64,000 nt of DNA, taken from NCBI RefSeq assembly GCF_018977255.1, contig NW_024704743.1, forward strand, positions 5,520,001-5,584,000, in the 5' to 3' direction. Source of the stretch: Callorhinchus milii. Lineage: Eukaryota. Position numbers and translations under genes: made by a program. This document shows, in pieces, positions 1 to 12,896 of this stretch (within the stretch, counting starts at the first letter, position 1; every line of letters begins with the position of its first letter). The notes beneath the pieces were generated by a model. That model did not search any database, was not told the DNA's origin, and worked only from the letters and a program-made list of their open reading frames with translations.

Positions 1-856
1 ATCTCCACTTCCCAGTTTTGAAGGAAAGGAGCATTAAACAGGTGCCAATGTTTACAAGTCATGTCCTCTTGCTTCCTACTTTTGCCTAGTTCAGAACAGT
101 CCCTAGCTGATGGGGTGGGGTGGGGGCGGGTTAGTCTTGAAATGGGCATTTTTGTGCCCATCAAGGAAGGCAAATAAATTCCTACTTCAGTTCCAGTGTC
201 AGTGGAGGCCAAAGGCATCAAAACTCCACTGGGCACAGATAGAATTGGGCAATAATGAAATGACAACTACACAGAAATATATGGCGAATTGTTTGGGTTC
301 TATGTTATTAAGCATGTAAGAAGTTGACTTGGCCATGGATATAGCTCAACGTGTTAGTCCTTACATTAATAGTGAGGTGCCAGTCTCCTTTTAGGAGCTA
401 TTTATAGTTCCTGAGGAAACTAAGCACTTAGGCATTTCAAGTTCATTGTGTGAGCTCTCCAGATGATGAATATTTAATGTAATTACCAACACTATTTAAT
501 TTATTGAAATGTTTAAGTGGCTGTAGAATAAATGAGATGGCAACCAGATTACAGAATCCATTATTGGGTATATTTATTCAAGCACGGAAAGAAAATAAAT
601 GGATATGTGTGCCTAAAGATGAACGTCTGTAAATTAGTTATGGTGTCACCTGAATGCATCATGTGTAACTTACAGGAGTCAGATTTCACTGTGCTTTTGT
701 GTGAACCAATGTGTTCGGCAGTGGAGTGTATCCAGTATTAGCTCTACAGCAGCTAACTTGCTTTCTGCAGAAACTGTCAATGCATTGCATTCTCCCTATT
801 TGCTTCTCTTTAATAAAAAAAAACCTTCCACTTGGAGATTCACTGCCACTGTTATT

Positions 857-1133
857 CTGGCGTTTTGTGCTCGTCCCTCGCACCCTCCGCCCCATCGTCG
901 GAGGTCTCGCTTTCAGCCACTCCGCCCCGAAACTCTGGAAAACTCTCCCTCAATCCCTTCGCCCTGCCCCCTCTCTCCCCTTTTTCAAGTCCTGCCTGAA
1001 AACTTTTCTCTTTGACTGTACTGACGGATACCTCCCCCCCCACCGGCTTGCAGTCAGGTTCCGCCACTGTTAATCATTCTTGAGATGCAACCCTGCATGG
1101 AGGGCGCTGGATAAGTGCAAGTTGTTGTTGTTG
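857..1133 (+). mobile_element. L2 LINE 3' fragment
   Basis: ORF end GGLAFSHSAPKLWKTLPQSLR...FKSCLKTFLF (L2 ORF2 C-terminus), C-rich UTR, tail ending (GTT)n. Confidence 0.9.
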
Positions 1134-2276
1134 ATGTGTAGATTTTAAGTGCTCCAACCTTGTGGACAATTGTTTGGACTACAAAAATAATAATAATAAT
1201 AATGTACCTTGGATTTGATATAGCGCGTTACCACATCTTCGAGACATCTTTGAGAAAATAATTCCTGATGGTTAAAAAAAGAGGCTGCAGCACCTTAAAT
1301 AAAAAAAAGTTTTGTTTTTGTTTGTTATTCTGCAATTGTTAAGACGGGAGACTTGAAGCAGGGCGAAGGGAGATAATGTAGTGAACAGTATATTATTGAT
1401 ATTTTGGGGGTCTCTTAAGCAATTGTTAAAGCCAGAAGCTCAATGTAATTTCTTGTGATTCAATTGAACACTGCTTTTCATCACTGTTGATACTGTTTTG
1501 CTTATAATGGGGGAGGAGAGAATGCTTTATTCCCTGATACCCTCCAAAGATTTGCTACCACGCTGAACACAGCTTTGCACCCTTTTCTCTAATCCCTTCA
1601 ATCACTTGCCTCTGAGCTAATCTGATAAAACCTCAGTTAACATGAAACGTAATGATTTAATTTGACTATTTTGCATATACTATAAATATGGTTGTACCAT
1701 GCCAGCAATGCTTCTTGTGTGCTTATTTGTAATTTAATCAATTGACTGAATGATACCTGGACTAATGTGAAACCAATGGGGTTGTCTCAGAGATCTTAAA
1801 GTAGAAATGAACAACGTGCCCTGCTTAAAATAAGGAATACACAACACCTTATCTTTGAATTATTTGTTTTTTGTTCCAACTCCTGGTGTTGTTAAGAATG
1901 GCTTTAACTATTTGTCTTGCTTAGGTATACGTTACGTGCAATTAAAGAGAACAGCATCTTCTCACATCTGCAACTCTGTCCAGTTGTTTCCACTCAATAT
2001 TGACAATAGCAAGGATGGGGTATAAACCCCTTCAAGGTTACACTTTTGGACGAAGCACAATTATAAAGGAAATCCCATTATGGATTTGTTTGACATGGCC
2101 AAAGGTGAATGTGTGAAATGGAATGGAATTTTTTACCCAGATATTTTTCCAACTCTGAACTCACAAAATTGCTTCACTTGCAATGCATGCACGTCTCTTA
2201 AGTAGCAATTTAATGTAAATACAACTTCACTATTTCAGTTGAATTTCCTTCTGCTTTCAATTTTGGCCATTCCAAA

Positions 2277-3060
2277 TGTATGTGGATGACATACAAATTT
2301 ACTTTTCCACTCTCAGCCATGATTCTAGGTCCACTGATGTTCTATTTGACTGCCTGTCAGACATCAAGGCCTGGAGAACTTTCTGCAGCTTCATGTGGGC
2401 AAAACGGAAGCCATCCTCCTTGGCTCCTGCCACTTTCAGCTGTGACTATCTCCTCACTTCTGGCTATGCCTCAAGATGATCAAATCCAGTGCGCAACCTC
2501 GGTATCTGGTTTGATCCTTGGCACCAGTTTTACCATCCACAAGATGCAGATAATGCAAAACTCTGCTGCCCATATTCTCACCAGTATCAAACTCTGCATA
2601 TCCATGGCACTCCATTGCCAGGCTTCACTGTCTGTCTGTCAACGAACAGATCAATTTCAAGATCCTCATTGTCACGTATAAATCTCTTCATGCCCTACCA
2701 CCGCCCTTCCTCTTTCAGCTCATACCCAACTCTTCTCTGATCTGCTCATACCCCACTCCTCTGTGCACTAACGCAGGTTTTGTATGCATCCCCTGTGCCC
2801 TCTGTGGCACCTTCGGTGACCAAGCCTTCCTTCATTACTTGCCTAACCTCTGGAACTCCCTGTCTCTAACCCTCCACCTTGCCCTGTCTATCCCTTCACC
2901 TCGTCCCCTCAATTCCTTCACACCTTGCCCCCTCTACCATTAAGTCTCACCTTAAAACCAACCTCTTTGACCTTGCCTATTGTCACCCCCTGCCCTCCAT
3001 CCACCCCCGCAGCCCCCCACTTTGGATTTGAACCCCATCACTGTGAAGCGCTCAGAGATA
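2277..3060 (+). mobile_element. Degraded L2 LINE RT and 3' fragment
   Basis: MYVDDIQIYF (YADD motif), RNLGIWFD, MQNSAAHIL, then C-terminal and UTR remnants with frameshifts. Confidence 0.85.
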
Positions 3061-4107
3061 TTATGCCACATCAATAAACTGGTGGAGCAGACTCAATGCA
3101 CTGACTGGCCTCCTCTTGTTTCTATGTGCTATTCTATATAGTAGGTTCAGGTTCTTCAGTATGCACCTTTGGCTGTTTGGATTTCATTTAAACTCTGAGA
3201 CACGTTTTCTTATTATCCGTTACCTTGGAAACACTGCTGAAATCTCTGCTGAAAGAGATCCGTGAACATTTTGTGAGACGCTACCCTATAATTAAGCCCA
3301 AATGAAACTGTTCAGCTCTAAAGATTAGTTCAGCTTTGTGTCGTGCATCAGCATGAATTCTAGGATCCTACTTCATTTACCGATGATATGTACTTCACAA
3401 CAAACATATATCAGCATTCTATTTGATTTACCGCATTGATCTGGGTGTTTAAACATTTAAAAACTGTTACTGTTTAGTAAATTAATAATGCTTGCATTTG
3501 ATATAGCATCGGAGAAATGCGGCGTGCTTTACAACCTGTGATATTATCACATTCCACAATCCTTTGCTTCCACATAGAATAAGTTACTGGAAAAGGATGC
3601 TGAACTGAAAACAACAACTTGCACTACTACAATAGTGGTGTGAAGGGCGCTATATAAAAGCAAGTTGTTGTTGTGGCCTTCACACAGTTTAAGGTCTAAC
3701 GTAAGGGAGAAGGGGGAGGGGAAGTGGAGGAAAGGAGTAGAGGGGAGAGGAAAGTGGGGACTACTTTCTACAAAATTAGGATTGCATTCCAGAGTTGACT
3801 AAGCGCATTTCTGAAGAAAAATTGCATTGGATGGTGAGAAGGAATGTGAGTGATGTCAAGAATCACGAATAACCAGGCCCACTGGCCAGTGATGGCCTTT
3901 TCCAGCTTGTAAAAATGACTATATTCTAATCGCAATCTTCTGTTCTCTCAGACCCTGGAGATGTGCTGTGAATAAAGCCAACTTGTAACACAAGACTTGG
4001 GAGGACATGAGTGCTGTCCTTCATTGCATTGTGAGTAACAGCTCATAGTTTGATGAAGAACGTTCCACACAACTGTTACTCGTAAACTAGTACTAGAACT
4101 TGTTGAG

Positions 4108-4220
4108 GAGAAATTCCACCAGAGTCTAGCTTTGCTCTTAAGTTTTAGACTAGTGTCCAGAATTTGGTAAGTTGGATTCACTCTTAACTTTGAAGTCAGT
4201 TTTCTGTAGTTCTTAAAAGT
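4108..4220 (-). repeat. Unclassified short repeat family Y (MITE-like)
   Basis: Reverse complement matches 33408-33518 and 36981-37102 (ttttaagaacta..cttcagagttaa..ccaaattctggacact..gtggaatttct). Confidence 0.6.
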
Positions 4221-4419
4221 TATTTATAGAAAAGTTGCTTTTTATTCAGGCAGCCGTCAGTTGAAACAAAATACTAAAACTCCTGCTCGTACAACAACAA
4301 TAATGTTAATTTACATTTGCAAAGTGCCTTTCACATTGGGAGGACGTGTCAATGCGCTTCACAATGGTTTTCTACGTTTTTCATGTGTGTTACTTTATCC
4401 TGTCGCTTCAAATGATCAC

Positions 4420-4650
4420 AAGATTGGTTCATATGAAGAAGGTCCTTCAGCTCATCTGACCTCATCCCTCCAGAATACCCACCATATCATCCTTCCACCA
4501 CAGCATCAAGCTGCTTTTTAAATGAGTCCAGTATCCTGGCCTCAACCATCTTTCTTGGCATTCGGTTCCAGTCGTTAATTACCCTCCAAATAAAGAAAAA
4601 CATCTTGACATCTGTCCTGAAATTGCCCATTTACAGCTCTAAATCTATGT
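4420..4650 (-). mobile_element. CR1 3' end fragment
   Basis: Similar to 49040-49260 (cacagcatcaagctgctttt, ttccagtcgttaattaccctc); antisense CR1 ORF2 C-terminus and UTR. Confidence 0.55.
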
Positions 4651-5099
4651 CCTTTTTTTTGTTGTTATGCAAATAAACTATACATAGCACTTTGAAGTGC
4701 TTTGAGACGTCTCAACCTAATGAATGCTCTAATCACTAAGCTACAGCACTCCACACTATACCAAATGTAAGGATTATTGTTATTTATTATTAAATAAAAC
4801 CTGATGCAGGTGGGATAACAGGAAATTCATCATTATTATGTTAATACTGATTTGTTTCATTGTCAAAGCACAGCATACAAACAAGTTTTATTAATCCTGG
4901 TAAATATGATAACAGCAAAGCTCTATTACTTTTTATGGCAAATGTAGCGATATAGAATTATTTCATACCAATGTTTTTCCCCTTCAGTTAGCTTTATCAT
5001 GATTGTTTTAAATCAGGACGCTTAGTAATGCTGAAATGACATTGATACAATTTTGATGTATATTTTGATATACACACAACGAGCTGAAAGCCGACTGTG

Positions 5100-5362
5100 A
5101 GTTCCCTGCTCTCTCCGCACCACAATCCGTGTATGAGCCTTCAGACACTAAGCTGCTGATCTCTGCAACTCCCTGCCTCCATGCCTCTGCCTCACCCATC
5201 TTATATCTCTCTGCAAATCCTACCTTAAAACCTGTCTCATCGACTCCAGCTATGGTCACCATACTTTCTCCCTTGCTCAGCATCCGACCCTGCCACTGTG
5301 ATACACTCCGAGACATTATCCGATGTGACGGGCACTATACAAATGCAAGTTGTTGTTGTTGT
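5100..5362 (+). mobile_element. Degraded L2 3' fragment
   Basis: ctctgcaactccctgcct..ccttaaaacct..ggcactatacaaatgcaag(ttg)n. Confidence 0.75.
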
Positions 5363-5607
5363 AGTGTAGTGCATTATCAGAACATGAAAAATCCCTTTCG
5401 TTTGTATCTCTGGGAGGGAAACCATGGGTCATAGACTGGATCTGCTATTTTGGATCATCAAGATTAGCCATAGAGTAAACTGTTCTTTCTGTAAGTGCCG
5501 TCAGCAGCCAGTCATTACGTACAGCCCTCAAAGCAGAGAGGACAAAGGCCAGAGATTCAAAATACGCATCCTGGACTCAAAGAATTTTTGATTGATTACA
5601 AAATTAA

Positions 5608-5931
5608 GGAGTCCTGCAGCTCAATGGTTAGAGCACTCGCCTCGCAAGCGAGAGACCTGGGTTCAATTCCCGGCAGGGCGAAACCTTGGGCAAGTTTCCT
5701 TACTCCACTTCCTTACGCCTGATAATAATCCCTCAAGAAATAAAACAATAATCATTTGGTAACTCAATCGATGACTATTTCTGGGACACTGCTGTGCGCA
5801 AATAGCTGCTGCGTTTCGCCCATAAAATATACAGTCAATTCACTTTATAGTATATTCTGTGAAGCGCTTTAAGACATCTCAAAGACGTGAAAAGTGCTAT
5901 ATCAAATCCAAGGATTAATATTATTATTATT
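5608..5931 (+). mobile_element. SINE-A, full length, short subfamily
   Basis: tRNA-like head with A box (agctcaatgg) and B box (ggttcaattcc), ccttgggcaagtttccttactccac, gctgtgcgcaaat-gctgc body, L2-like tail, (TTA)n. Confidence 0.95.
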
Positions 5932-6550
5932 AAAACTCAAACAAATTCCTGCATGCCTGCACGCCCGCCAATCAGTTAAAATGCATTATTTTAATCATTC
6001 CTTTTTCAATCAATCATTTTTATATGCAAATTATTTGAATCATGGGCACTTGAATTATGCAGAAAGCTATTTGCGTGCACTTGTGTAACTCATTGTTCTT
6101 TTTCGCAGAGGTTCGTGGAAACAAATTAGTGCAGTGATACATGGTTTGATTCAGAGGCAAAATGAGTCACACTATAATGATCGGGGCTAATGCTGAATGC
6201 TCAATTAGAATGATAAGCACTAGCATTGGTTTGGACGAGAGATAGTGAGTGGGTTGCAGAATTTTCCACCTCCTTAAATCCACAGCCAATTAGACGGATT
6301 TAAATGATCCTGAATACCTTCATGCTGAAAGCGTTGATTAAATGCGTGCTGGCTATGATTAATCTCCGAGCTGCTAATAGCTTTCTTTTTTATGTACCTC
6401 ATGTCAAGTTCGCTGCTGCTGTCACCACCGCTTGACATGTTATGTCTTCGAACGCGACCTGTAATGTTTTGAAGCATTTCGGGACTGTTGTGATTTCGGA
6501 TCTCCAGTAGCCATACTCCAGCTATACAATTCTCTGTTCAGGCATCACCG

Positions 6551-6605
6551 GGAAGTACCACGTACAGTTCTGACACAAGGAAGTACAACGTATAGATCTG
6601 ACACA
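6551..6605 (+). repeat. Two-copy tandem repeat, 28-bp period, each copy starting with GGAAGT
   Basis: ggaagtaccacgtacagttctgacaca / ggaagtacaacgtatagatctgacaca. Confidence 0.8.
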
Positions 6606-7699
6606 CGGAGGCACAGAGAGCCCTGGCCACAGAGAGAGAGAGAAGGGACTTTTTTTACTTTGACGAGCGCTGTAGGCAGGGTGGGAAATGGCCTGGAGTT
6701 AATAATTATTATTATAATAGTATAATATAATAACAATAATATAAGAATGAAGTTGATTAACGATGACCCAGTCCAGAATCCTATCAAAGAAAGGCAAGTT
6801 GGAAATGGGCTGGTAGTTTGTAAGTTTAGAGGCATCGAGGGCGTTTTTTTTTGAGGAAACATGCAATGGACTCTTCTACCACCCAACTTTGGGGCATTTT
6901 GAGGTGCTTTTATGTGATAAGGTTCTAGGTCAAACGTAAGCTTTTCACGGGGTGAAATGGGTGAAAATTCTGATGTGATAATGAGATCACTTTGTCAAAA
7001 ATTGAGGTTGGCTGCAAAACATACAGTCACTCCACTTCACAGAAAATCATGTGAAGCACTTTCAAATGTTTTTCTAACATGAGTGGAGCTCTATCACATG
7101 CAAGGATTATTAGGCTTTAAATTATATCAAGATAAATAGCCTCTGAAGACTGTACATCATGCCCCTTATTATTAAGAATTTACAATTCTTGCCTTATGCT
7201 ACATGGCATCACCAGGATGATCAAAGAACCTAAGCCACTGTTTCAGCTGCATTTAATAGCAAGTTATATGCATTTGTGGATCAATTTGTGTTTATGCTCA
7301 GGTTCTTTTGAGTTCAATGGATGATGCTATGTGTCAGGGAGGTTGTGTTCTGGGTTTCTCTGCCCTCCACCCGTAAGATTCACATGATTGCTCGCACTGT
7401 CTGTATCTGTTTGTTTACCGCCTGGCACTTTAGCAAACCCTGCAAAGGTGTGCGCCCACTGTGTTTCTCTGCACTCTTAGAGAAAAAGCCGAAGTCACCA
7501 GCCTTCTGAAATGCTGCATCTGTCATCTGCTAAATGTAGAGAGAGGTGGTGCCTTGGACAATCCTGGTGTCTGGAAAGACAAAATTAATCGTTGTTTACA
7601 ACCCAGAGAAAAAATAACGTTTTCTAACACCAATGTCTCAGAGTCGTTCAAAGAACCAGCCCAGACCTAAATGGCCCTAATGACCGTAGTGTGAATTTA

Positions 7700-8150
7700 T
7701 AATAATAAAACAAATCCTTGTATTTAATTTAGCATCTTTTCACGTCGTCAAAATATCTCAAAGCATAGGATTTACTGTGAGTGAAGTGATTGTGTATTTT
7801 GCAACAAATGAGATTTCTCTGGTTCTAAATACAGTGTATGACTGGTTTTTGAAGAAAACATTTTATGTTCCACACATTTGTTGAATAATAAATGAATCTG
7901 TAAGCGTTTTGACCAGGAAACCAGGAGAAACTCCCCTCTGTTTTCAGGATCTGTCTTTAGATCTTTAGCATCCACTTGTAAATAGGTAGATGCGATATCA
8001 GTTCAGTCTCTCATCCAAATAGCAGCATTGCTTTCCCCTGATACTGGAGTAGAGCAACAGCCTGGATTGTTAGCTCAAGTCCCAACATGGAGTTTGAATT
8101 CATATCTTTATGTCTTCAAGGGAAGAATGTTACCAACTGCGTTAAGGTCT
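7700..8150 (-). mobile_element. SINE-B (DeuSINE-like), degraded and interrupted
   Basis: Tail at 7700-7805; body and head remnants 7910-8150 antisense to 30979-31402. Confidence 0.55.
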
Positions 8151-9217
8151 TAAATTAATAGAATCCGCTCCCTAATAATTGTCTAAATGATATTTTAAGT
8201 TCATTCAGAACCATCACTGACCACTGCATTAAAACCACATTGGAAAATACAGAGCAACAGTAATACTATTAAAAGTACTCTAAGCGCCTAAATTGCTCTT
8301 TTCAAATTAAGTGGGCAGTAAATAGTATAAAATGGTCCCCTTTCAATTTCTAGTCATTTTGCTGCAGATTTCAGCTCAATGTGTAGAAGAATCCTTCAGA
8401 GAGCTGTAAAAGCTATTCATCTTACAGATGCTTAACACTGTGCATGTGATCCAGGAATCATTAAACTTGGCGGAGGCAGATCCCTTTGGAAGCTGATGTA
8501 TTGCAGTAACTGTACTGCTATTTATACCCCCTTCTTGTTTGCTTGGCGTCCAACCTCATCTCTGTACACTACTCTCATACCTGTGGGCTCAATTTAGTAG
8601 CCTTTCATAATGTGTTCGTGCTAACATTTCAGTTCACCAAAAAGTTAGTGTGACGTGATCATTTAAATAAAATAGCTTAATCTTTTTAATATTAACCTTA
8701 AAGTATTATAACATTCTGATATGCTCATTTCATATAACTGGATTTCATATATCTAGTTATATATTCTGAATTTCACAACAGTTAACATGGAACTCTACAA
8801 ATAAATACTAAAGGAGAGAGGAAGAGATAAATTGCAAATCTTAGATACTTTGTGTAATATAAAGTTTCAAGAACTTTTTTTCCTGCAGATTGTACATTTT
8901 TTCACTTGCAATCAACAAAATTGTAGTTCTTTTAAAGAGATTCAAAGTTTTTCCAAGAATCATTCATTGATGTAAAAAAAACACTACTTTAGGATACATT
9001 GTTGTTTGTAAATTGGCTGATGTGTTCTCCTAAAATACAGTTACTCCGCTTCACAGTATATCCTCTGAAGTGCTTTGAGTTGTCCTCCTGACTTGATAGG
9101 TATATCAAAAAAAAATTGTTGTTGAGGTACAGCAATAGAATGGCAGAACAAGATCGAGGGGGATTTTGGCCTACTCCTGTTCCTATGTTCCTAAATAATA
9201 TTATTATCTGTATTTAT

Positions 9218-9393
9218 AATAGTAATAATAATCCATGCATTTGATATAGCGCCATATCACGTCTTCGAGACGTCTCAAAGCGCTTTGCAGGATACACTGT
9301 AAAGTGAATTGACTGTATATTTTGTGGGCAGCCAATTGCGTACAGCAGCGTCTCACAGACAGTCGTGGATTGAAGTGACCAATTAATTATTAT
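9218..9393 (-). mobile_element. SINE-A 3' half
   Basis: (AAT)n-ccatgcatttgatatagcgcc...cagccaattgcgtacagcag. Confidence 0.9.
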
Positions 9394-10031
9394 GTTTTAA
9401 GGATTTTTTTTAATATACCTCAAGTTAAGCTTGAAACTGAGCCATAGAGATCCAGAATATCCCAGCTCTATGCTGGTTTTGACACAGCACCAACAAAGGC
9501 ACGACAATAACAACTTGCATTTATATAGTGCCCTTCACACACGCATCTTGGAGCACTGCAATTGGTTTCAATGGCCCTGGGCTGGAGAGAGCATAATCTG
9601 TATCCCATGACTTGGGTGAACACAAGATTGATCTTCGCTGTAATACTTCCCTGGTTAAATAGGTTGGTCCATTGTGTAAATTCACACATTAAAAAAGGTT
9701 ATTTGGATGAGGGATGTGAAATCACAGTACAATACAATCAGCAACTCCAGGAAAGGACAGGAGAGGATAGGAGAGGGCAAAAAACACAGTTAACCTTCAT
9801 TTCTGCCTCCGGGTGAATGGTTCAATAGATTTTCAGTTCACACACTGACATTAAAAAAAATCAATGTTGCAGTAATAAAACTACTCAGATAACTTCACCG
9901 CTAATAGTATCCTCAAGTTATTCAATCAAACATTAAAAAAGGCAAATACTACATTATCTTGTCTCCCCTTTCTGTACTTGTACTTATGAAATAAAAATAA
10001 TACGAATATTTGTGTTTAACATTGTGCCTTA

Positions 10032-10270
10032 GGTCGCGCTTTCAGTCACTATGCCCCGAAACTCTGGAACACTCTCCATCAATCCCTTGCCGTGCCCCCT
10101 CTCTCCCCTTTTTCAAGTTCCATCTGAAAACCTTCCTCTTCGACCATGCTTACAGCCACCTCCCCCCCACCCCCCACACCCCACCCCCCGGCTCGGAATC
10201 AGGCTCTGCCACTGTTAAACGCTCCGAGGCGCTATCCTGTGTGGAGGGCCCTATATAAGTACAAGTTGTT
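10032..10270 (+). mobile_element. L2 3' fragment
   Basis: ggtcgcgctttcagtcactatgccccgaaactctggaac...aaaaccttcctcttcgac; tail caagttgtt. Confidence 0.9.
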
Positions 10271-10417
10271 TTTTCAAAGCAATTTACAGGATTTGTTGTG
10301 AGGGGATTGGGTAGGGTATATATGGGCAATACAACCAATTTGCACACAACATAGTTCCACAAACAGGCATTAAGTGAATGATACATTTTATTTGGGGGAT
10401 TTTTGATCAAGACTTGT

Positions 10418-10722
10418 GAAGTCGTGTGGCTCAGTGGTGAGAGCACTCGCCTATCAAACGAGAGACCTGGGTTCGATTCCCGGTAAGGCGAAACCTTGGG
10501 CAAGTTTCCTTACTCCACACGCCCGGTAATAATCCCTCAAGAAAAAAAAGTAATAAATTGGTCACTTCAATCCATGACTGTTTGTGAGACATTGCTGTAC
10601 GCAATTTGGCTGTTGCATTTCGCCCACAAATATACAGTCAATTCACTTTACAGTGTATTCTGTGAAGCTGTTTGTGACATCTAGAAGCGCTATATCAAAC
10701 GCAAGGATTATTATTATTATTA
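10418..10722 (+). mobile_element. SINE-A, full length, short subfamily
   Basis: tggctcagtgg A box, ggttcgattcc B box, body and (TTA)n tail. Confidence 0.95.
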
Positions 10723-11548
10723 AGACACTTGGAGAAAATCTCTTCTGTTTCCAAGCAGTATCATGGGATCTTTGATATCCACCTGAACAGACGGGATCTT
10801 GGTTTAATGTCTAATCTGAGGGATGGTGCTTTCCCCAGCCCTGCACTGACTGAAATACCAGCAAACAGTTCCAGGTCTTTTATCTCTGCAAAAGGTAGTA
10901 ACATGAGTTTTTAGGAAACCGAATATTTAAAAGGGTCAAAAGATCGATGCAGTCATACAATTCTATACTATCTGCCCAATAAGTATCTGGGGGAAAGGTT
11001 CAGTGCCTCGAATACAATGAAACATTGATTCTGACAATGCAGCCTAATTAATGAGTGATAGGACGCCAATGGGGAGTCCCTTCTCCAATAAATCCCACTA
11101 AATAACGTGTATCTGGGCAGCTGGTAAGTGATTTGCCTGGCAGATGTAGTGTCAGCATCCAACTGTGTCAACAAATGTAAAATGACCCTGATCTAGCGGT
11201 AACTAGAGCAAAGCTCAGTAGTTCATCTGAACTATATTGGTTTACTGGCTGAAAGGTCGACTAGGAGTAAATTTAAAGCTAAGTGTATTCAGACACAGAA
11301 ATGCATCAGGAATGGATACCTAACATATTTATTTCTTCCATTGCACCACGCTAATATCCAGTTTGCACTTCCAAACAAATCGATCAAATTCCAAAGAAAA
11401 ACTGCAGTTCTCATCTCGAATGCAAAATAGAAATGAGAAATATATCTCTCGATATTACAACAGTAAGAGGGCATTCAGGGAAAACATTAAAGCCTGAAGG
11501 GATTTGAATGGGTTGAAAAAGAGAATAAACAAGATAACAAACATATCT

Positions 11549-11882
11549 GAGGACTTGGGTTTGATTCCCGGGCAGGGCAAAATCTCAGACAAGTCTCCTT
11601 ACTCCACACGCCTCTGTTTACCAAGCAGTAAGTAGGCACCCGGTCATTAGTCGATTGGCAGATCGCTTTTCCGGGGGCAGTAATCCATTCAAAATAATAA
11701 ATAATTTGGACGCTCAATCCACAATTGTTTGTGGGACACTGCTGTGCGCAATTGGCTGCCTTCTTTCGCCCCCCTTCAAAAAAAAACAGTCACTCCACTT
11801 TACAGTATGTTCTATGAAGCGCTTTGAGACGTCTTGAAGATGTGATAAGGCGCTACATCAAATGCAAATATTATTATTATTA
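11549..11882 (+). mobile_element. SINE-A, long subfamily, 5'-truncated
   Basis: Contains the extra segment ctctgtttaccaagcagtaagtaggcacccgg...gatcgctttt. Confidence 0.9.
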
Positions 11883-12038
11883 CATGTCTACTTCCTGGAA
11901 ATTTTTACCAGGCTTTCCTGGTCCAAAAACACGTCACCTTGGAGCCAGTTCAGCTCACCTGGAGCCATAGTCCACTTCAGCTCCAAGTGGACCGTGCTTA
12001 CCTCTCTCACCCCCTCCTACAAGGAGGATAGTTGTCAG

Positions 12039-12368
12039 TCAGTCGTTTGACATCTGACAAGCATGGGTTTCAGCCCTGACTTGGTGGATGGCAGGTACAA
12101 GGAATTTCCTGCAAGATTCCTGGTGGGCAACACATCTCTGCACGAAGTACGTGAGAGCTTTGCCACCGTTTTCCTGCCCATAGTTGGGACACACATCCAT
12201 TCCCATTGAGCGATGGTTCCACCAGATGAAAGTGCGGAGCTTGAGCAGCAGCTCCTTACCTTTCTGCAAACCAATCAGTGTGGATTCCAAGTGCTGGATG
12301 TATGGACAAGTGTTCACAAACTTGGACGAGATTATAATCATACAGTTATAGACTTCAGGTTTGCACAA
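12039..12368 (-). mobile_element. Possible degraded L1/Tx1-type RT C-terminal fragment
   Basis: RTFIWWN...ENGGKAL resembles the FIW...GG(L/K) motif after L1/Tx1 RT; weak. Confidence 0.3.
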
Positions 12369-12896
12369 AGCAAAGACCTAATGTGAATTGATTACATAAT
12401 AACTGATTACTTGATATGACATTCTCTGTGACTCAGTACCTACTTACCTCTTAACTTCCCACATCAATTCATAGTTTCCATTTACACATGAAATATTTTA
12501 ATTACTTTGACTCCAACCTGTGAATTACTGTAGGAAGCATGGATCCAACACTCTCAGGACTTTAATGCCTGAAAAAAAGTGGGAGGTAAGCCAAGTGGTC
12601 AATTTAGTCCCATGGAAATAAAACTGATAATTTTTACTGCGAAGTGGGACTCCAATAGGCTAAACAATGTTGAAATTTACTGGTGAGACGCATATGCATG
12701 AGCTCATGACTGATGTGGAGTATCTGTGGAAATTATTTAGTAAGTACCTCCAATCAAAGTGTCCAACAAGCTATCAGCCTGACACTCACAGAGAGATTAA
12801 AAAGAGAAGACAGATCTTATTCTTTTCTTTCACCATTTTGATTTTAAAAATCTGTTCCACAAAGTTTGAATTGGAGTGTTTATGGAACCCAATATA

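Noticed and set aside
1925..2104. Acceptor/donor-bounded candidate coding exon
   Set aside because: Stop codons in all three frames
4070..4167. Open frame ending at a GTAAGT donor
   Set aside because: Overlaps repeat family Y; no compatible acceptor
5608..5682. Genuine tRNA-Ala gene (and the other SINE heads)
   Set aside because: Each continues into a SINE body and tail; the first acceptor pair is mismatched
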